Source: an uncultured Acetobacteraceae bacterium
GTDB lineage: Bacteria; Pseudomonadota; Alphaproteobacteria; Acetobacterales; Acetobacteraceae
Direction of reading: 5' to 3'
DNA: 64,000 nt
Assembly (NCBI GenBank): GCA_964250755.1
Contig: CAXUHB010000001.1
Coordinates: forward strand, 169,136-233,135
Below, piece after piece: positions 19,350-31,427 of the stretch. Each line of letters opens with the position of its first letter. Within the stretch, counting starts at the first letter, position 1. The notes under the pieces are model-generated. The model had not been told where the DNA came from and did not search any database. It saw only the letters and a list, made by a program, of their open reading frames with translations. The translations under genes and the position numbers were made by a program.

Positions 19350-19885
19350 GCCGCCTGACCATCTACGCCGACGATGCGCCCGAGGCCCCCCTGCTCCGCA
19401 CCGAGGACCCGGTAGCTATTGCCGAGAAGCTGTCCGCCATCGGCGTCCGGTTCGAGCGCTGGGACAGCCCGGTCGCGCTGCCGCCGGATGCGGCCCCGGA
19501 TGCCGTGCTGGCCGCCTACAAGCCGCACCTCGACGCCTTGATGGGCGGAGCTGGCGCGGGGTCGGCGGACGTCATCAGCCTGACGCCCGACCACCCGCAG
19601 GTGGACGCGCTGCGGACCAAGTTCCTGTCCGAGCACACCCACACCGAGGACGAGGTGCGGTTCTTCGTCCGCGGCGCCGGCAACTTCATCATGCATGTGG
19701 ACGGCAAGGTCTGGGACGCGCACTGCACCGCGGGCGACCTGATCTCGGTCCCGGCCAACACGCAGCACTGGTTCGACGCCGGGCCGCGTCCGGAGTTCAC
19801 GGCGCTGCGGGTGTTCATGGACCAGTCGGGCTGGGTGCCGCACTACACCGGCCAGCCCATCCACGAGCGGTTCCCAGCGGCATAG
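19346..19885 (+). CDS. mtnD: acireductone dioxygenase (cupin ARD)
   Basis: ARD cupin with metal ligands HTHTEDEVRFF...HWF; ATGA overlap with mtnB. Confidence 0.85.
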   Translation: MSRLTIYADDAPEAPLLRTEDPVAIAEKLSAIGVRFERWDSPVALPPDAAPDAVLAAYKPHLDALMGGAGAGSADVISLTPDHPQVDALRTKFLSEHTHTEDEVRFFVRGAGNFIMHVDGKVWDAHCTAGDLISVPANTQHWFDAGPRPEFTALRVFMDQSGWVPHYTGQPIHERFPAA

Positions 19886-20039
19886 GCGTGACGCCGGCCC
19901 CGCACCAGCGGCCAGGTCTGCCGGCCCGCGCCGCAGCCCGGCCGGCGTCATTGCCGGCCGCCCTTGCCCCTTGGCGGTCCAGGGGCGGCCGGCACCGGCC
20001 TTGCTGGCACTGGATTGCCGCGCCGCTACGCTCCCTGCG

Positions 20040-20771
20040 ATGACGGATGAACAGCCCCCGCCGTTGGCATCAACTTCCATCTCGGCAATCATTACCGATA
20101 TCGAGGGCACGACCACCCCGATCCGCTTCGTCCACCAAGTCCTTTTCCCCCAGGCCCGTGCGGGCCTGCCGGCCCTGCTGCGCGACCGCGCGGCGGAGCC
20201 GGAGGTTGCGGCGGCGCTGGCCGGGGTGCCCGGCCCGGACAAGCTGGCGGCCTTGCTGGCCTGGATGGATGGTGACGTGAAGGCCGGGCCGCTGAAGGCG
20301 TTGCAGGGCATCCTGTGGCGAGACGCCTACGCTGCCGGTGCCGTTCAGGGTGAGCTGTATCCCGATGTGGCGCCCTGCCTGCGCCGCTGGTCCAAGGCGG
20401 GGCTGCGGCTGTTCGTGTATTCGTCGGGATCGGTGGAGGCGCAACGGCTGCTGTTCCGGCACTCCGACGCCGGAGACCTGGCGCCGCTGTTCGCCGGCTT
20501 CTTCGACACCAGCGTCGGGCCGAAACGCGAGCCGTCCAGCTATGCCGCCATCGCCACCAGCCTGCGGCTGCCGGCGGCCGAGGCCCTGTTCCTGTCGGAT
20601 GTGGAGGCGGAGTTGGACGCCGCCGCTGCCGCCGGGCTGCAAGCGTGCCAGGTGGTGCGGCCTGGGGACGGCACGGTTCCGACGGACCGGCATCCCGCGT
20701 GCGCCGACTTCGCCGAGGTCGCCAGAAGGTTCGGCCTGACGACGGGTGCGGGGGCAGGCTCCCCGCCGTGA
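20040..20771 (+). CDS. mtnC: enolase-phosphatase E1 (HAD superfamily)
   Basis: HAD motif I ITDIEGTTT at the N-terminus; ATG at 20040 inside the longer ORF. Confidence 0.8.
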   Translation: MTDEQPPPLASTSISAIITDIEGTTTPIRFVHQVLFPQARAGLPALLRDRAAEPEVAAALAGVPGPDKLAALLAWMDGDVKAGPLKALQGILWRDAYAAGAVQGELYPDVAPCLRRWSKAGLRLFVYSSGSVEAQRLLFRHSDAGDLAPLFAGFFDTSVGPKREPSSYAAIATSLRLPAAEALFLSDVEAELDAAAAAGLQACQVVRPGDGTVPTDRHPACADFAEVARRFGLTTGAGAGSPP

Positions 20772-21400
20772 CGGGTCCGGACTTCGGCCCGGCGTTCCGC
20801 GTCCAGTTGCACGAGCTGTTCCAGTGGCGGCGGGACGTGCGCCACTTTCGGCGGGATGCGCTGCCGGACGGCTTGCTTGGTGACCTGTTCGCCGCCGCCA
20901 ACCTTGCGCCGTCGGTCGGCCTCAGCCAGCCCTGGCGCTTCGTGCTGGTGGATGACCCGGCGCGGCGGGCTGCCGTGCGGGACAGCTTTGCAGACAGCAA
21001 CGCGGCGGCGCTGGCGGAGCAGCCTTCGGCACGGTCGGCCACCTATGCCAGCCTCAAGCTGGCGGGCCTGGACCAGGCGCCTTGCCACCTGGCGGTGTTC
21101 GCCGCCGAAGACCCGGCGCAGGGCGGCGGCCTAGGGCGGCGCACAATGCCGGAGACAACGGCCTACTCGGCGGTGATGGCGGTGCATACGCTGTGGCTGG
21201 CGGCGCGGGCCGCCAGGCTGGGGCTGGGCTGGGTATCCATCCTGGACCCGGCGCGAGTGCGGGCCGTCCTGGACGTGCCGGCGGACTGGGCCTTCATCGG
21301 CTACTTCTGCCTGGGCTACCCCGCAACGGAGGAGGACGCGCCGGAGCTGGAGCGTGCGGGATGGGAGCATCGGCGCGGGCCGGTCGTGCTGCGGCGGTAG
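20768..21400 (+). CDS. bluB: 5,6-dimethylbenzimidazole synthase BluB-like (nitroreductase fold)
   Basis: N-terminal ...WRRDVRHF...LAPSVGLSQPWRFVLVDD matches the BluB subfamily of nitroreductases; GTG overlaps mtnC stop (GTGA). Confidence 0.65.
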   Translation: MTGPDFGPAFRVQLHELFQWRRDVRHFRRDALPDGLLGDLFAAANLAPSVGLSQPWRFVLVDDPARRAAVRDSFADSNAAALAEQPSARSATYASLKLAGLDQAPCHLAVFAAEDPAQGGGLGRRTMPETTAYSAVMAVHTLWLAARAARLGLGWVSILDPARVRAVLDVPADWAFIGYFCLGYPATEEDAPELERAGWEHRRGPVVLRR

Positions 21401-21472
21401 CCCGTCAGCGCCCGCCTTGACGCGGGGGCCGGGGCGGCGACACTCGGCGCTTCGCAGCCGGAGTCTCCCCGC

Positions 21473-22423
21473 ATGGCCACCCACCACGTCCCCGCCAACC
21501 CGGACACCGTACGTTGGGGCAGCTTCAGCGCAGAGTATGCGCCGGTCCTGACGGTCCGGAGCGGCGACACTGTGGTGCTGGAGTGCGTGTCCGGCGCGCC
21601 CGACGTAATGCCGCCCGCCGGCAGCGGCCTGCACGTGCCGCCGGCCTTGCAGGCCATCCACGACGCCAACCTGCCCCGCCTGGGGCCGCACATCATCACC
21701 GGCCCGGTAGGCGTCGCCGGAGCCGAGCCGGGCGACACGCTGGAAGTCCGCATAGACCGCATCGAGCTTGGCGCGGATTGGGGCTTCTGCGGCCACCGCC
21801 CGCTGGCCGGCACGCTGCCGGAGGACTTCCCGCACCGCTTCCTCAGCCACATTCCGGTGGACCGCACCGCCTCCACCTGCAAGCTGCCCTATGGCACTGT
21901 GCTGCCGCTGCGCCCGTTCTTCGGCGTGATGGGCGTGGCGCCGCCGCCCAACTACGGCGCGATCAGCACCAAGGAGCCGCGGGAGCACGGCGGCAACCTG
22001 GACAACAAGGAGGTCGGCGCGGGCAGCACCCTGTTCCTGCCGGTCTGGGCCGCGGGCGCCAACTTCAGCGCCGGCGACGGCCACGGGGTGCAGGGCGACG
22101 GGGAGGTCTGCATCAACGCGCTGGAGATGTGCCTGACCGGCACCTTCACCTTCGTGCTGCACAAGGCCGCCGAGTCGGCGCCGCTGCGCCACCCCCGGGC
22201 CGAGTCGCCGACCCACTACATCTCGATGGGCATGAATGAGGACCTGGACCAGGCGATGAAGCAGGCGCTGCGTGAGATGATCGCGTTCATCACTGCCCGG
22301 ACCAACCTGTCGCGGGATGAAGCCTATCAATTCTGTTCGTTAGCAGTGGACTTCCATGTCACGCAGACGGTGAACGGCGAGAAGGGAGTCCATGGGCTGC
22401 TCCGCAAGGGGTTGTTGTTTTAG
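21473..22423 (+). CDS. acetamidase/formamidase family amidohydrolase (FmdA/AmdA)
   Basis: 316 aa with conserved blocks (GPVGVAGAEPGDTLEV, FFGVMGVAPP, CINALEMCLTG) of the FmdA_AmdA family. Confidence 0.8.
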   Translation: MATHHVPANPDTVRWGSFSAEYAPVLTVRSGDTVVLECVSGAPDVMPPAGSGLHVPPALQAIHDANLPRLGPHIITGPVGVAGAEPGDTLEVRIDRIELGADWGFCGHRPLAGTLPEDFPHRFLSHIPVDRTASTCKLPYGTVLPLRPFFGVMGVAPPPNYGAISTKEPREHGGNLDNKEVGAGSTLFLPVWAAGANFSAGDGHGVQGDGEVCINALEMCLTGTFTFVLHKAAESAPLRHPRAESPTHYISMGMNEDLDQAMKQALREMIAFITARTNLSRDEAYQFCSLAVDFHVTQTVNGEKGVHGLLRKGLLF

Positions 22424-22428
22424 GCGGG

Positions 22429-22437
22429 TTGTCCACA
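22429..22437 (+). promoter_or_regulatory. DnaA-box-like motif TTGTCCACA about 90 bp upstream of gcrA
   Basis: One mismatch to the TTATCCACA consensus; gcrA is DnaA-activated in Caulobacter. Confidence 0.3.
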
Positions 22438-22528
22438 ACATTTATGGCCCCTGGGGATAACCCGCCTATCTTTTGCACAAAAGTCCCGTCTAGCCTTCCT
22501 TCGTTGGCGACACGCAAGGAGGCCCCTA

Positions 22529-23017
22529 GTGGACTGGAACGACGAAGCAATCGCCCGCTTGCGCGCCCTGTGGGACGAGGGCCACTCGACGGCCGAGATC
22601 GGGCGGCGCATGGGGGTCACGAAGAACGCGGTCGTCGGGAAAGCGCACCGGCTGGAGCTGCCGGCCCGCCCGTCGCCGATCCGCCGCGTGCTGGAGGCTG
22701 GGCACGTCGCCCGGCGGGACCAGGTGCGCCGCGCGACCGGCCCGACGCTGCCGGTTGCCGAGGCGGTTGCCGCCGCCGTGCAGGCGGAGCCGGCGGCTGC
22801 GGCACCTGCCCCGGCGCGGCCCGCGCCGCAACTTCGTGCGGTCCCGCCGCCCCGTCCCGCCGCCCGGGTGTCCACCTGTTGCTGGCCCATCGGGGAGCCG
22901 GGCACGCCCAGCTTTCGGTTCTGCGACGAGGGCGCGCTGCCCAACAAGCCCTACTGCCAGGAGCACGCCTCTCTTGCTTACGTGAAGGTGCGCGATCGGC
23001 GCGAGGACGCGGCGTAG
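22529..23017 (+). CDS. gcrA: cell-cycle transcriptional regulator GcrA
   Basis: MDWNDEAIARLRALWDEGHSTAEIGRRMGVTKNAVVGKAHRL N-domain and Cys-rich C-terminus (CCWPIGEP...FCDEGALPNKPYCQEH). Confidence 0.9.
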   Translation: MDWNDEAIARLRALWDEGHSTAEIGRRMGVTKNAVVGKAHRLELPARPSPIRRVLEAGHVARRDQVRRATGPTLPVAEAVAAAVQAEPAAAAPAPARPAPQLRAVPPPRPAARVSTCCWPIGEPGTPSFRFCDEGALPNKPYCQEHASLAYVKVRDRREDAA

Positions 23018-23172
23018 CAAGGCCATTTCCTTTGCGGCGGGGCAGAGCGGAAACGGGCGGCGCCTGACGTGTGGAGGCGGTGCCATGCCCGGCGTCCGCA
23101 AGGTCGCCGGACCTGCGTTGCAGCTTGCCGCCTCTTGATCCCCGGGCAACCGAGGTCTAGGGGTGGGGCAGC

Positions 23173-23832
23173 ATGACAACCCCCCTGCCAGCCCTCGCCC
23201 GCGAACGTCATACGGCGTTGGACGCCGACTCCGTCAGGGCGGCCTACCGGCGATGGGCTGGGGTCTATGATCTGGTGTTCGGCGGCGTTTCCGCCTTCGG
23301 GCGCCGCCGGGCGGTCGAAGCGGTGAATGCGCTGCCAGGCCTTCACGTGCTGGAGGTTGGGGTCGGCACTGGCCTGGCGCTGCCGCACTACACGCCGGCC
23401 AAGCGCATCACGGGCATAGACCTGTCCGCCGAGATGCTGGCCCTGGCCCGGCAGCGTGTGAAGCAGGACGGGCTGTCCAACGTCGAGGCGCTGCTGGAGG
23501 TGGACGCGGAGGCCACCGGGTTCGAGGCCGGGTCGTTCGACATCGCCGTGGCGATGTTCGTCGCCTCAGTGGTCCCCAACCCGCGGCGGCTGCTTCAGGA
23601 GATGCGGCGGGTCGTGCGCCCTGGGGGACATCTCCTGTTCGTGAACCACTTTGCGGCGGAGCGCGGGCCGCGCTGGTGGGCGGAACGGGCCCTGGCGCCG
23701 GCGTCGCGCAAGCTGGGCTGGCATCCGGACTTCGCCTTCGATGCACTGCTGACGGCAGACGACCAGGCGCGCGCGCAATTCGACGCCGTGCCGCCCTTGG
23801 GCCTTTTCACCTTGGTGCGCCTGCCCAACTAG
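23173..23832 (+). CDS. class I SAM-dependent methyltransferase
   Basis: Motif I VLEVGVGTGLAL; about 219 aa. Confidence 0.7.
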   Translation: MTTPLPALARERHTALDADSVRAAYRRWAGVYDLVFGGVSAFGRRRAVEAVNALPGLHVLEVGVGTGLALPHYTPAKRITGIDLSAEMLALARQRVKQDGLSNVEALLEVDAEATGFEAGSFDIAVAMFVASVVPNPRRLLQEMRRVVRPGGHLLFVNHFAAERGPRWWAERALAPASRKLGWHPDFAFDALLTADDQARAQFDAVPPLGLFTLVRLPN

Positions 23833-23941
23833 GGTGCATGGCGGCGCGGCTGCTGCCGCGCAGCTTGATCTCACGCAGCGCCTCCGATACCCCTGCCGTG
23901 CCACGCACCTGGGGGCAGCCGGGCCAGGCGGTGCCAGCGGA

Positions 23942-26449
<2,508 letters not shown>

Positions 26450-26450
<1 letters not shown>

Positions 26451-27421
26451 TGGGCAAGCCGCTCATCACTGTCGCCGAGGGAGGGGGGGCTTCGGCCCCC
26501 CTTCTTCCTATGGCAGTCCTGCCTGCGGAGGCGAAGGACTGGTTTGCCCTGCTCAAGCCGCGCGTCATCACGCTGGTGGTGTTCACAGGCTTCGTCGGCC
26601 TGCTGGTGGCGCCGGGACGGATGCATCCTGTGCTGGCCCTGGCTGCGGTGCTGTGCATTGCGGTCGCGGCGGGGGCGGCCGGGGCCATCAACATGTGGTA
26701 CGACCGGGACATTGACGCAGTCATGCGGCGGACGGCCAAGCGGCCAATCCCTGACGGACGGATCAGCGCGGACGGGGCGCTCGGCTTCGGCGTCGTGCTG
26801 GCGGTGGCGTCGGTCATGGTCATGGGCTTGGCGGCAAACTGGTTCGCGGCGGGCGTGCTGGCTGTGTCCATCCTGTTCTATGTTTTCATCTACACCATGT
26901 GGCTGAAGCGGCGGACGCCGCAGAATATCGTCATCGGCGGTGCGGCCGGGGCGTTCCCGCCGGTGATCGGCTGGGCGGCGGTAACGGGCGGTCTGGACGT
27001 AATGCCCCTGTTGCTGTTCGCCATCGTGTTCTTCTGGACGCCGCCGCATTTCTGGGCGCTGTCGCTGTATGCTTCCGCCGACTACGAGCGGGCAGGAGTG
27101 CCCATGCTGCCCGTCGTGGCTGGCGCACGGGCGACCCGGCGACAGGTGATGCTCTACACCGTCCTGTTGGTGGGCGTGTCGGTACTGCCGTGGATGATGG
27201 GTTACGCCGGGCCAGTCTATGGCGTGTCGGCTGTTGGGCTTGGCGTCTGGTTCCTGCTGGCGTCCTGGGGCGTGCTGCGGGACAGACAGGATGCGTCTGG
27301 CGTCAGCCTGACCGGGGATGTCCCGGCCAAGTGGGCGTTCCGAGTGTCGTTGGTGTATCTGTTCACCCTGTTCGGCGCTGTGGCCGCCGACTACCTGATT
27401 CCGGGACCGTGGCATGGATGA
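26450..27421 (+). CDS. ctaB: protoheme IX farnesyltransferase (heme O synthase)
   Basis: UbiA-family prenyltransferase motifs (NMWYDRDIDAVMRRTAKRP); TAATG overlap with coxA stop. Confidence 0.9.
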
Positions 27422-27563
27422 GTTCCCGCACCCGCTGACACCGGACGAGACAGTGGAGCTGCGGCGGCGGCAGCGCGGCAAGAACATTGCGCTGCTGGTG
27501 GCGTTGATTGCCCTGGCGCTGCTGTTCTATGCGATTTCGATGGTGAAGTTTAAGGTCTCCTAG
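27414..27563 (+). CDS. small membrane protein (49 aa), coxF-like ORF between ctaB and ctaG
   Basis: MDEFPHPLTPDETVELRRRQRGKNIALLVALIALALLFYAISMVKFKVS: one TM helix; overlaps ctaB stop; below the six-frame track length cut-off; position matches the small coxF of Bradyrhizobium-type coxBAEFGC operons. Confidence 0.45.
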   Translation: MDEFPHPLTPDETVELRRRQRGKNIALLVALIALALLFYAISMVKFKVS

Positions 27564-27602
27564 CCGCTTGCCGCGGCCCGGACGGGACCGACATTACCGG
27601 AC

Positions 27603-28199
27603 ATGAAGCGCAGCAACACCGTCTTGGCTGGAAGTCTGGCCACACTCATGTTCGGCATGGTCGGCATGTCATTCGCGGCGGTGCCGCTCTACCGCATGTT
27701 CTGTGAGGCCACGGGATATGCTGGGACGCCGCAAATCCGCGGCGCTGCCGGACCGGGTGCTACCAAGACAGAAATGCTGGTCCGCTTCAACGCCAACACC
27801 AGCCCGGGCCTGCCCTGGCGGTTCGCCCCTGGAGAGCGGTCGGCCACGGTCAAGCTGGGGGAGGACCGGCTGGCGTTCTATACCGGCAGCAATCAATCGG
27901 CGCAGCCGGTGACCGGCACCGCCACCTACAACGTGACGCCGGAGAAGGCCGGGCGCTTCTTCCATAAAACCCAGTGCTTCTGCTTTGATGAGCAGACATT
28001 GCAGCCCGGGCAGGAGATGAGCTTTCCGCTCAGCTTCTGGGTGGACCCTGCCATTGCGACGGACCCAGACACGCGCGACGTGCGGGAGATTACGCTGTCC
28101 TACACGTTTTTCCGCTCCCTGGACGATGCTGCGCGCAACGGCGGCCTGGACAAGGCCGGGCCGCATGTGGGCAAGCGGGCAGAGGCGGCGCGGCCCTGA
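27603..28199 (+). CDS. ctaG: cytochrome c oxidase assembly protein CtaG/Cox11
   Basis: N-terminal TM plus conserved Cox11 copper-binding CFCF region (KTQCFCFDEQ). Confidence 0.9.
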   Translation: MKRSNTVLAGSLATLMFGMVGMSFAAVPLYRMFCEATGYAGTPQIRGAAGPGATKTEMLVRFNANTSPGLPWRFAPGERSATVKLGEDRLAFYTGSNQSAQPVTGTATYNVTPEKAGRFFHKTQCFCFDEQTLQPGQEMSFPLSFWVDPAIATDPDTRDVREITLSYTFFRSLDDAARNGGLDKAGPHVGKRAEAARP

Positions 28200-28302
28200 C
28201 CATTGGGTCCGCGGGCCGTGAGGTTGCGTGCCCTTGAACCAACCCGGGTTCCGCGTTAGTCCCGTGCAGACCAAGACGATATCCGCCAGGACTGGACCGC
28301 CG

Positions 28303-29181
28303 ATGAGCACCGAGACGCCGAGCGTTGACGCAATGGCTGCTGACGCCCCTGTGCCGAACCTGAACAGCAGCGGCATGAAGCAGCCGTATCACCTCGTGGA
28401 CCCCAGCCCCTGGCCGTTGATCGCGGCGTTCGGCGGCGGCGCGACGGTGCTGGGCATCATCTTTGCGGCGCACTACGGCAACTACATCGTGCTCAGCCTG
28501 GGACTGGCAACGGTGTTCGTGACAGCGTTCCTGTGGTGGCGCGACGTGCTCAAGGAGAGCCGCACTGCTGGGCTGCACACCCCTGTGGTCCGGCTGGGCC
28601 TCCGCTATGGCATGACGCTGTTCATCGCATCCGAGGTGATGTTCTTCGTCGGGTTCTTTTGGGCCTACTTCCACTTCGCGCTGTATCCTGTCCACGTGTC
28701 AGGCGCGGCGACGGCGGTCTGGCCGCCGGAGGGCATCCACACCTTCAATCCGTTCCAGCTTCCGCTGATGAACACGCTTATCCTGCTACTGTCCGGCACC
28801 GCCGTCACCTGGGCCCACCACGCGCTGCTGCACGGGCAGCGCAAGTACCTGGTCATGGGGCTGGGCTTCACCATTCTGCTGGGCCTGTCGTTCACGACGT
28901 TTCAGGCGCTGGAGTATTCCGAGGCGCCGTTCAAGTTCTCGGGCGGCGGCGTGTATCCCTCGACGTTCTTCCTGGCGACGGGCTTCCACGGCTTCCACGT
29001 GATCGTCGGCACCATCTTCCTGATCGTCTGCTGGTGGCGTGCCCGAGGCGGCGGCTTCAGCACGACCCGGCATTTCGGGTTCGAGGCCGCGGCCTGGTAT
29101 TGGCACTTCGTGGACGTGGTCTGGCTGTTCCTGTTCGTGGCCATCTACCTGTGGGGCGCCGGGCCGACCCTGGCGGAGTAA
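28303..29181 (+). CDS. coxC: cytochrome c oxidase (aa3) subunit III
   Basis: YHLVDPSPWP N-terminal motif and 7-TM subunit III body; start at M26 of ORF 28228..29181. Confidence 0.9.
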   Translation: MSTETPSVDAMAADAPVPNLNSSGMKQPYHLVDPSPWPLIAAFGGGATVLGIIFAAHYGNYIVLSLGLATVFVTAFLWWRDVLKESRTAGLHTPVVRLGLRYGMTLFIASEVMFFVGFFWAYFHFALYPVHVSGAATAVWPPEGIHTFNPFQLPLMNTLILLLSGTAVTWAHHALLHGQRKYLVMGLGFTILLGLSFTTFQALEYSEAPFKFSGGGVYPSTFFLATGFHGFHVIVGTIFLIVCWWRARGGGFSTTRHFGFEAAAWYWHFVDVVWLFLFVAIYLWGAGPTLAE

Positions 29182-29182
29182 C

Positions 29183-29914
29183 GTGAGGGCGCCCGCGCGG
29201 ACGGCATCGGCGCAGACGCCGCTGCGTCGCCTGCTATGGCCCGGCGTAATGGCCGCCGCCATGCTCGCGGCGACTACCGGCCTGGGCGTCTGGCAGGTGG
29301 AGCGCCTGCACTGGAAGACGGAGCTGCTGCGGGAAATTGACCGGGGTGAGGCCGCCCCGCCCATCCCGCTACCCGCTGCCCCGCAGCCGTTCACGAAGGT
29401 CAGCGTGTCCGGACGGCTTCGGCAGGACTTGCCAGCGTTGTACGGCGTCGAGGTCCGCAGCACCGCGGCTGGTCCCATGATGGGCGCCTATCTGCTGAAC
29501 CCGCTGGAGCGGCCTGGCGCCGATCCCGTCATCGTCAACCGCGGTTGGGTGCCGCTCGACCGCGCGCAGCCCGGCCCGCCGGTGGACGCCTCCATCCAGG
29601 GATATGTTCGCGCGCCGGAACAGCCCGTCCGCTTCGGTGCGGCGGACGATCCCGCGCATAAGCGTTTCTACGCCTTGGACCCGGCCGCCATTGCGCGCGC
29701 CCTGGGCCTGGCGCGCGCAATGGCGTTCACGGTGGTAGCCATGGGCGACACGCCGCCAGGCATCTATCCCGAACCGGCGCGCAGCCTGCCGCGCCCGCCG
29801 AACAACCATCTGTCGTATGCCATCACCTGGTTCGGCCTTGCGGCCTCCTTGCTGGTGATCTGCGCCATCTATGCCCGCCGCGCCCTGCGCGCGCCCATCG
29901 AGGAACCGGCATGA
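29183..29914 (+). CDS. SURF1-family cytochrome oxidase assembly protein
   Basis: Two TM segments flanking a periplasmic domain; GVWQVERLHWK motif; GTG start 2 nt after coxC stop. Confidence 0.8.
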   Translation: MRAPARTASAQTPLRRLLWPGVMAAAMLAATTGLGVWQVERLHWKTELLREIDRGEAAPPIPLPAAPQPFTKVSVSGRLRQDLPALYGVEVRSTAAGPMMGAYLLNPLERPGADPVIVNRGWVPLDRAQPGPPVDASIQGYVRAPEQPVRFGAADDPAHKRFYALDPAAIARALGLARAMAFTVVAMGDTPPGIYPEPARSLPRPPNNHLSYAITWFGLAASLLVICAIYARRALRAPIEEPA

Positions 29915-31389
29915 CCGCCTATGCCCGCCTGCAGGACCGCTTCACCCGCATCGCCACCATTGGAGAGGCAAGCTCTGTGCTGGGATGGGACGCTGCCGCC
30001 ATGATGCCGTCGGGCGGCGGCGCGGCCCGCGGCGACCAACTGGCTGTGCTGGCCGGGCTGGGCCACGGCCTGCTGACCTCGCCGGATGTCGCCGACGACC
30101 TGGCCAGCGCCGAAGCCGCGGGCGAATGGGACGGCCCGAACCTTGCCCTCATGCGCCACGCGCACACCCGCGCGACGGCCCTGCCGGCGGACTTGGTGGA
30201 GGCGCAGGCCCGCGCCAACTCGCGGTGCGAGAAGCTGTGGCGGGAGGCCCGCCGGACGTCGGACTTCGCTGCGGTGCTGCCGGCCTTGCAGGAAGTGGTG
30301 CGCCTGGTCCGGCTGCAAGCCGATGCGCTTGCCCCGGCGCTGGGCTTGCAGCCCTACGACGCGCTGATGGACGGCTACCAGCGCGGCATCGGCGCTGCAG
30401 ACGTGGCCCCGGTGTTCGCGCAGTATGGAGCCTTCCTGGCCGACGCCCTGCCGCGGGCGCTGGAACGGCAGGCCCGGCTGCCCGATCCCATGCCCCTGCA
30501 AGGCACCTACCCGGCTGGGGCGCAGGAGGCCCTGTGCCGCCGGCTGTCCACCATGGCCGGGTTGGACGCCAGCCACTCGCGCCTGGACCGCTCCACCCAT
30601 CCCTTCTGCGGCGGCACGCCCACCGACGTGCGGATCACCACCCGCTACGACGAGGCCGACCCGGCGCAGGCGTTGATGGGCGTGATGCACGAGACCGGGC
30701 ACGCCCTGTATGAGCGTGGCCTCCCCACTGCCCATGCCCGGCAGCCCGTGGGGGAGGCGGCTGGCATGGCCGCGCATGAGAGCCAGTCCCTGATCGTCGA
30801 GATGCAGGCGTGCCGGTCAGACGCCTATCTGGCATGGCTCGGCCCGGAGCTGCACCGGCTGTTCGGGGGTGATGCCGCGCCCTATGCGCCGGCCAACCTG
30901 TCCCGCCTGTGGCGGCGGGTCCGCTGCGGGCTGATCCGGGTGGAAGCGGACGAGATGACCTATCCTGCCCACGTCATCCTGCGTTTCCGGCTGGAGCAGG
31001 CGATGGTGTCGGGCGACCTGCTCCCGGCGGACCTGCCAGGGGCCTGGAACGACGGGCTGCATGCCATGCTCGGTGTGCGGCCGGAACGCGACGCGCAAGG
31101 GTGCCTGCAGGACATCCACTGGTATGACGGCGCGTTCGGCTATTTCCCGAGCTACACCCTGGGCGCGATGGCCGCCGCGCAACTGATGGCGGCGGCGCGG
31201 GCGGCGATGCCGGAGATGGATGCGGCGCTGGGGCAGGGGGATCTTGGCCCGCTGGTGGGCTGGCTGCGGACGCATGTGCATGGGCAGGGGAGCCGACTGG
31301 GCTTCAACGACCTGCTGCGGGCGGCGACGGGCAAGGCGTTGGATCCCGGTGACTTCGAGGCGCACCTGGCACGGCGTTACCTGGACTGA
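29911..31389 (+). CDS. M32 carboxypeptidase (Taq-like metallocarboxypeptidase)
   Basis: 492 aa; zinc motif HETGHALYE; conserved M32 blocks; ATGA overlap with SURF1 gene. Confidence 0.85.
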   Translation: MTAYARLQDRFTRIATIGEASSVLGWDAAAMMPSGGGAARGDQLAVLAGLGHGLLTSPDVADDLASAEAAGEWDGPNLALMRHAHTRATALPADLVEAQARANSRCEKLWREARRTSDFAAVLPALQEVVRLVRLQADALAPALGLQPYDALMDGYQRGIGAADVAPVFAQYGAFLADALPRALERQARLPDPMPLQGTYPAGAQEALCRRLSTMAGLDASHSRLDRSTHPFCGGTPTDVRITTRYDEADPAQALMGVMHETGHALYERGLPTAHARQPVGEAAGMAAHESQSLIVEMQACRSDAYLAWLGPELHRLFGGDAAPYAPANLSRLWRRVRCGLIRVEADEMTYPAHVILRFRLEQAMVSGDLLPADLPGAWNDGLHAMLGVRPERDAQGCLQDIHWYDGAFGYFPSYTLGAMAAAQLMAAARAAMPEMDAALGQGDLGPLVGWLRTHVHGQGSRLGFNDLLRAATGKALDPGDFEAHLARRYLD

Positions 31390-31427
31390 ATGGGGGATTG
31401 AACGGGGGGGCTGCTTCCTGCTCCCTT

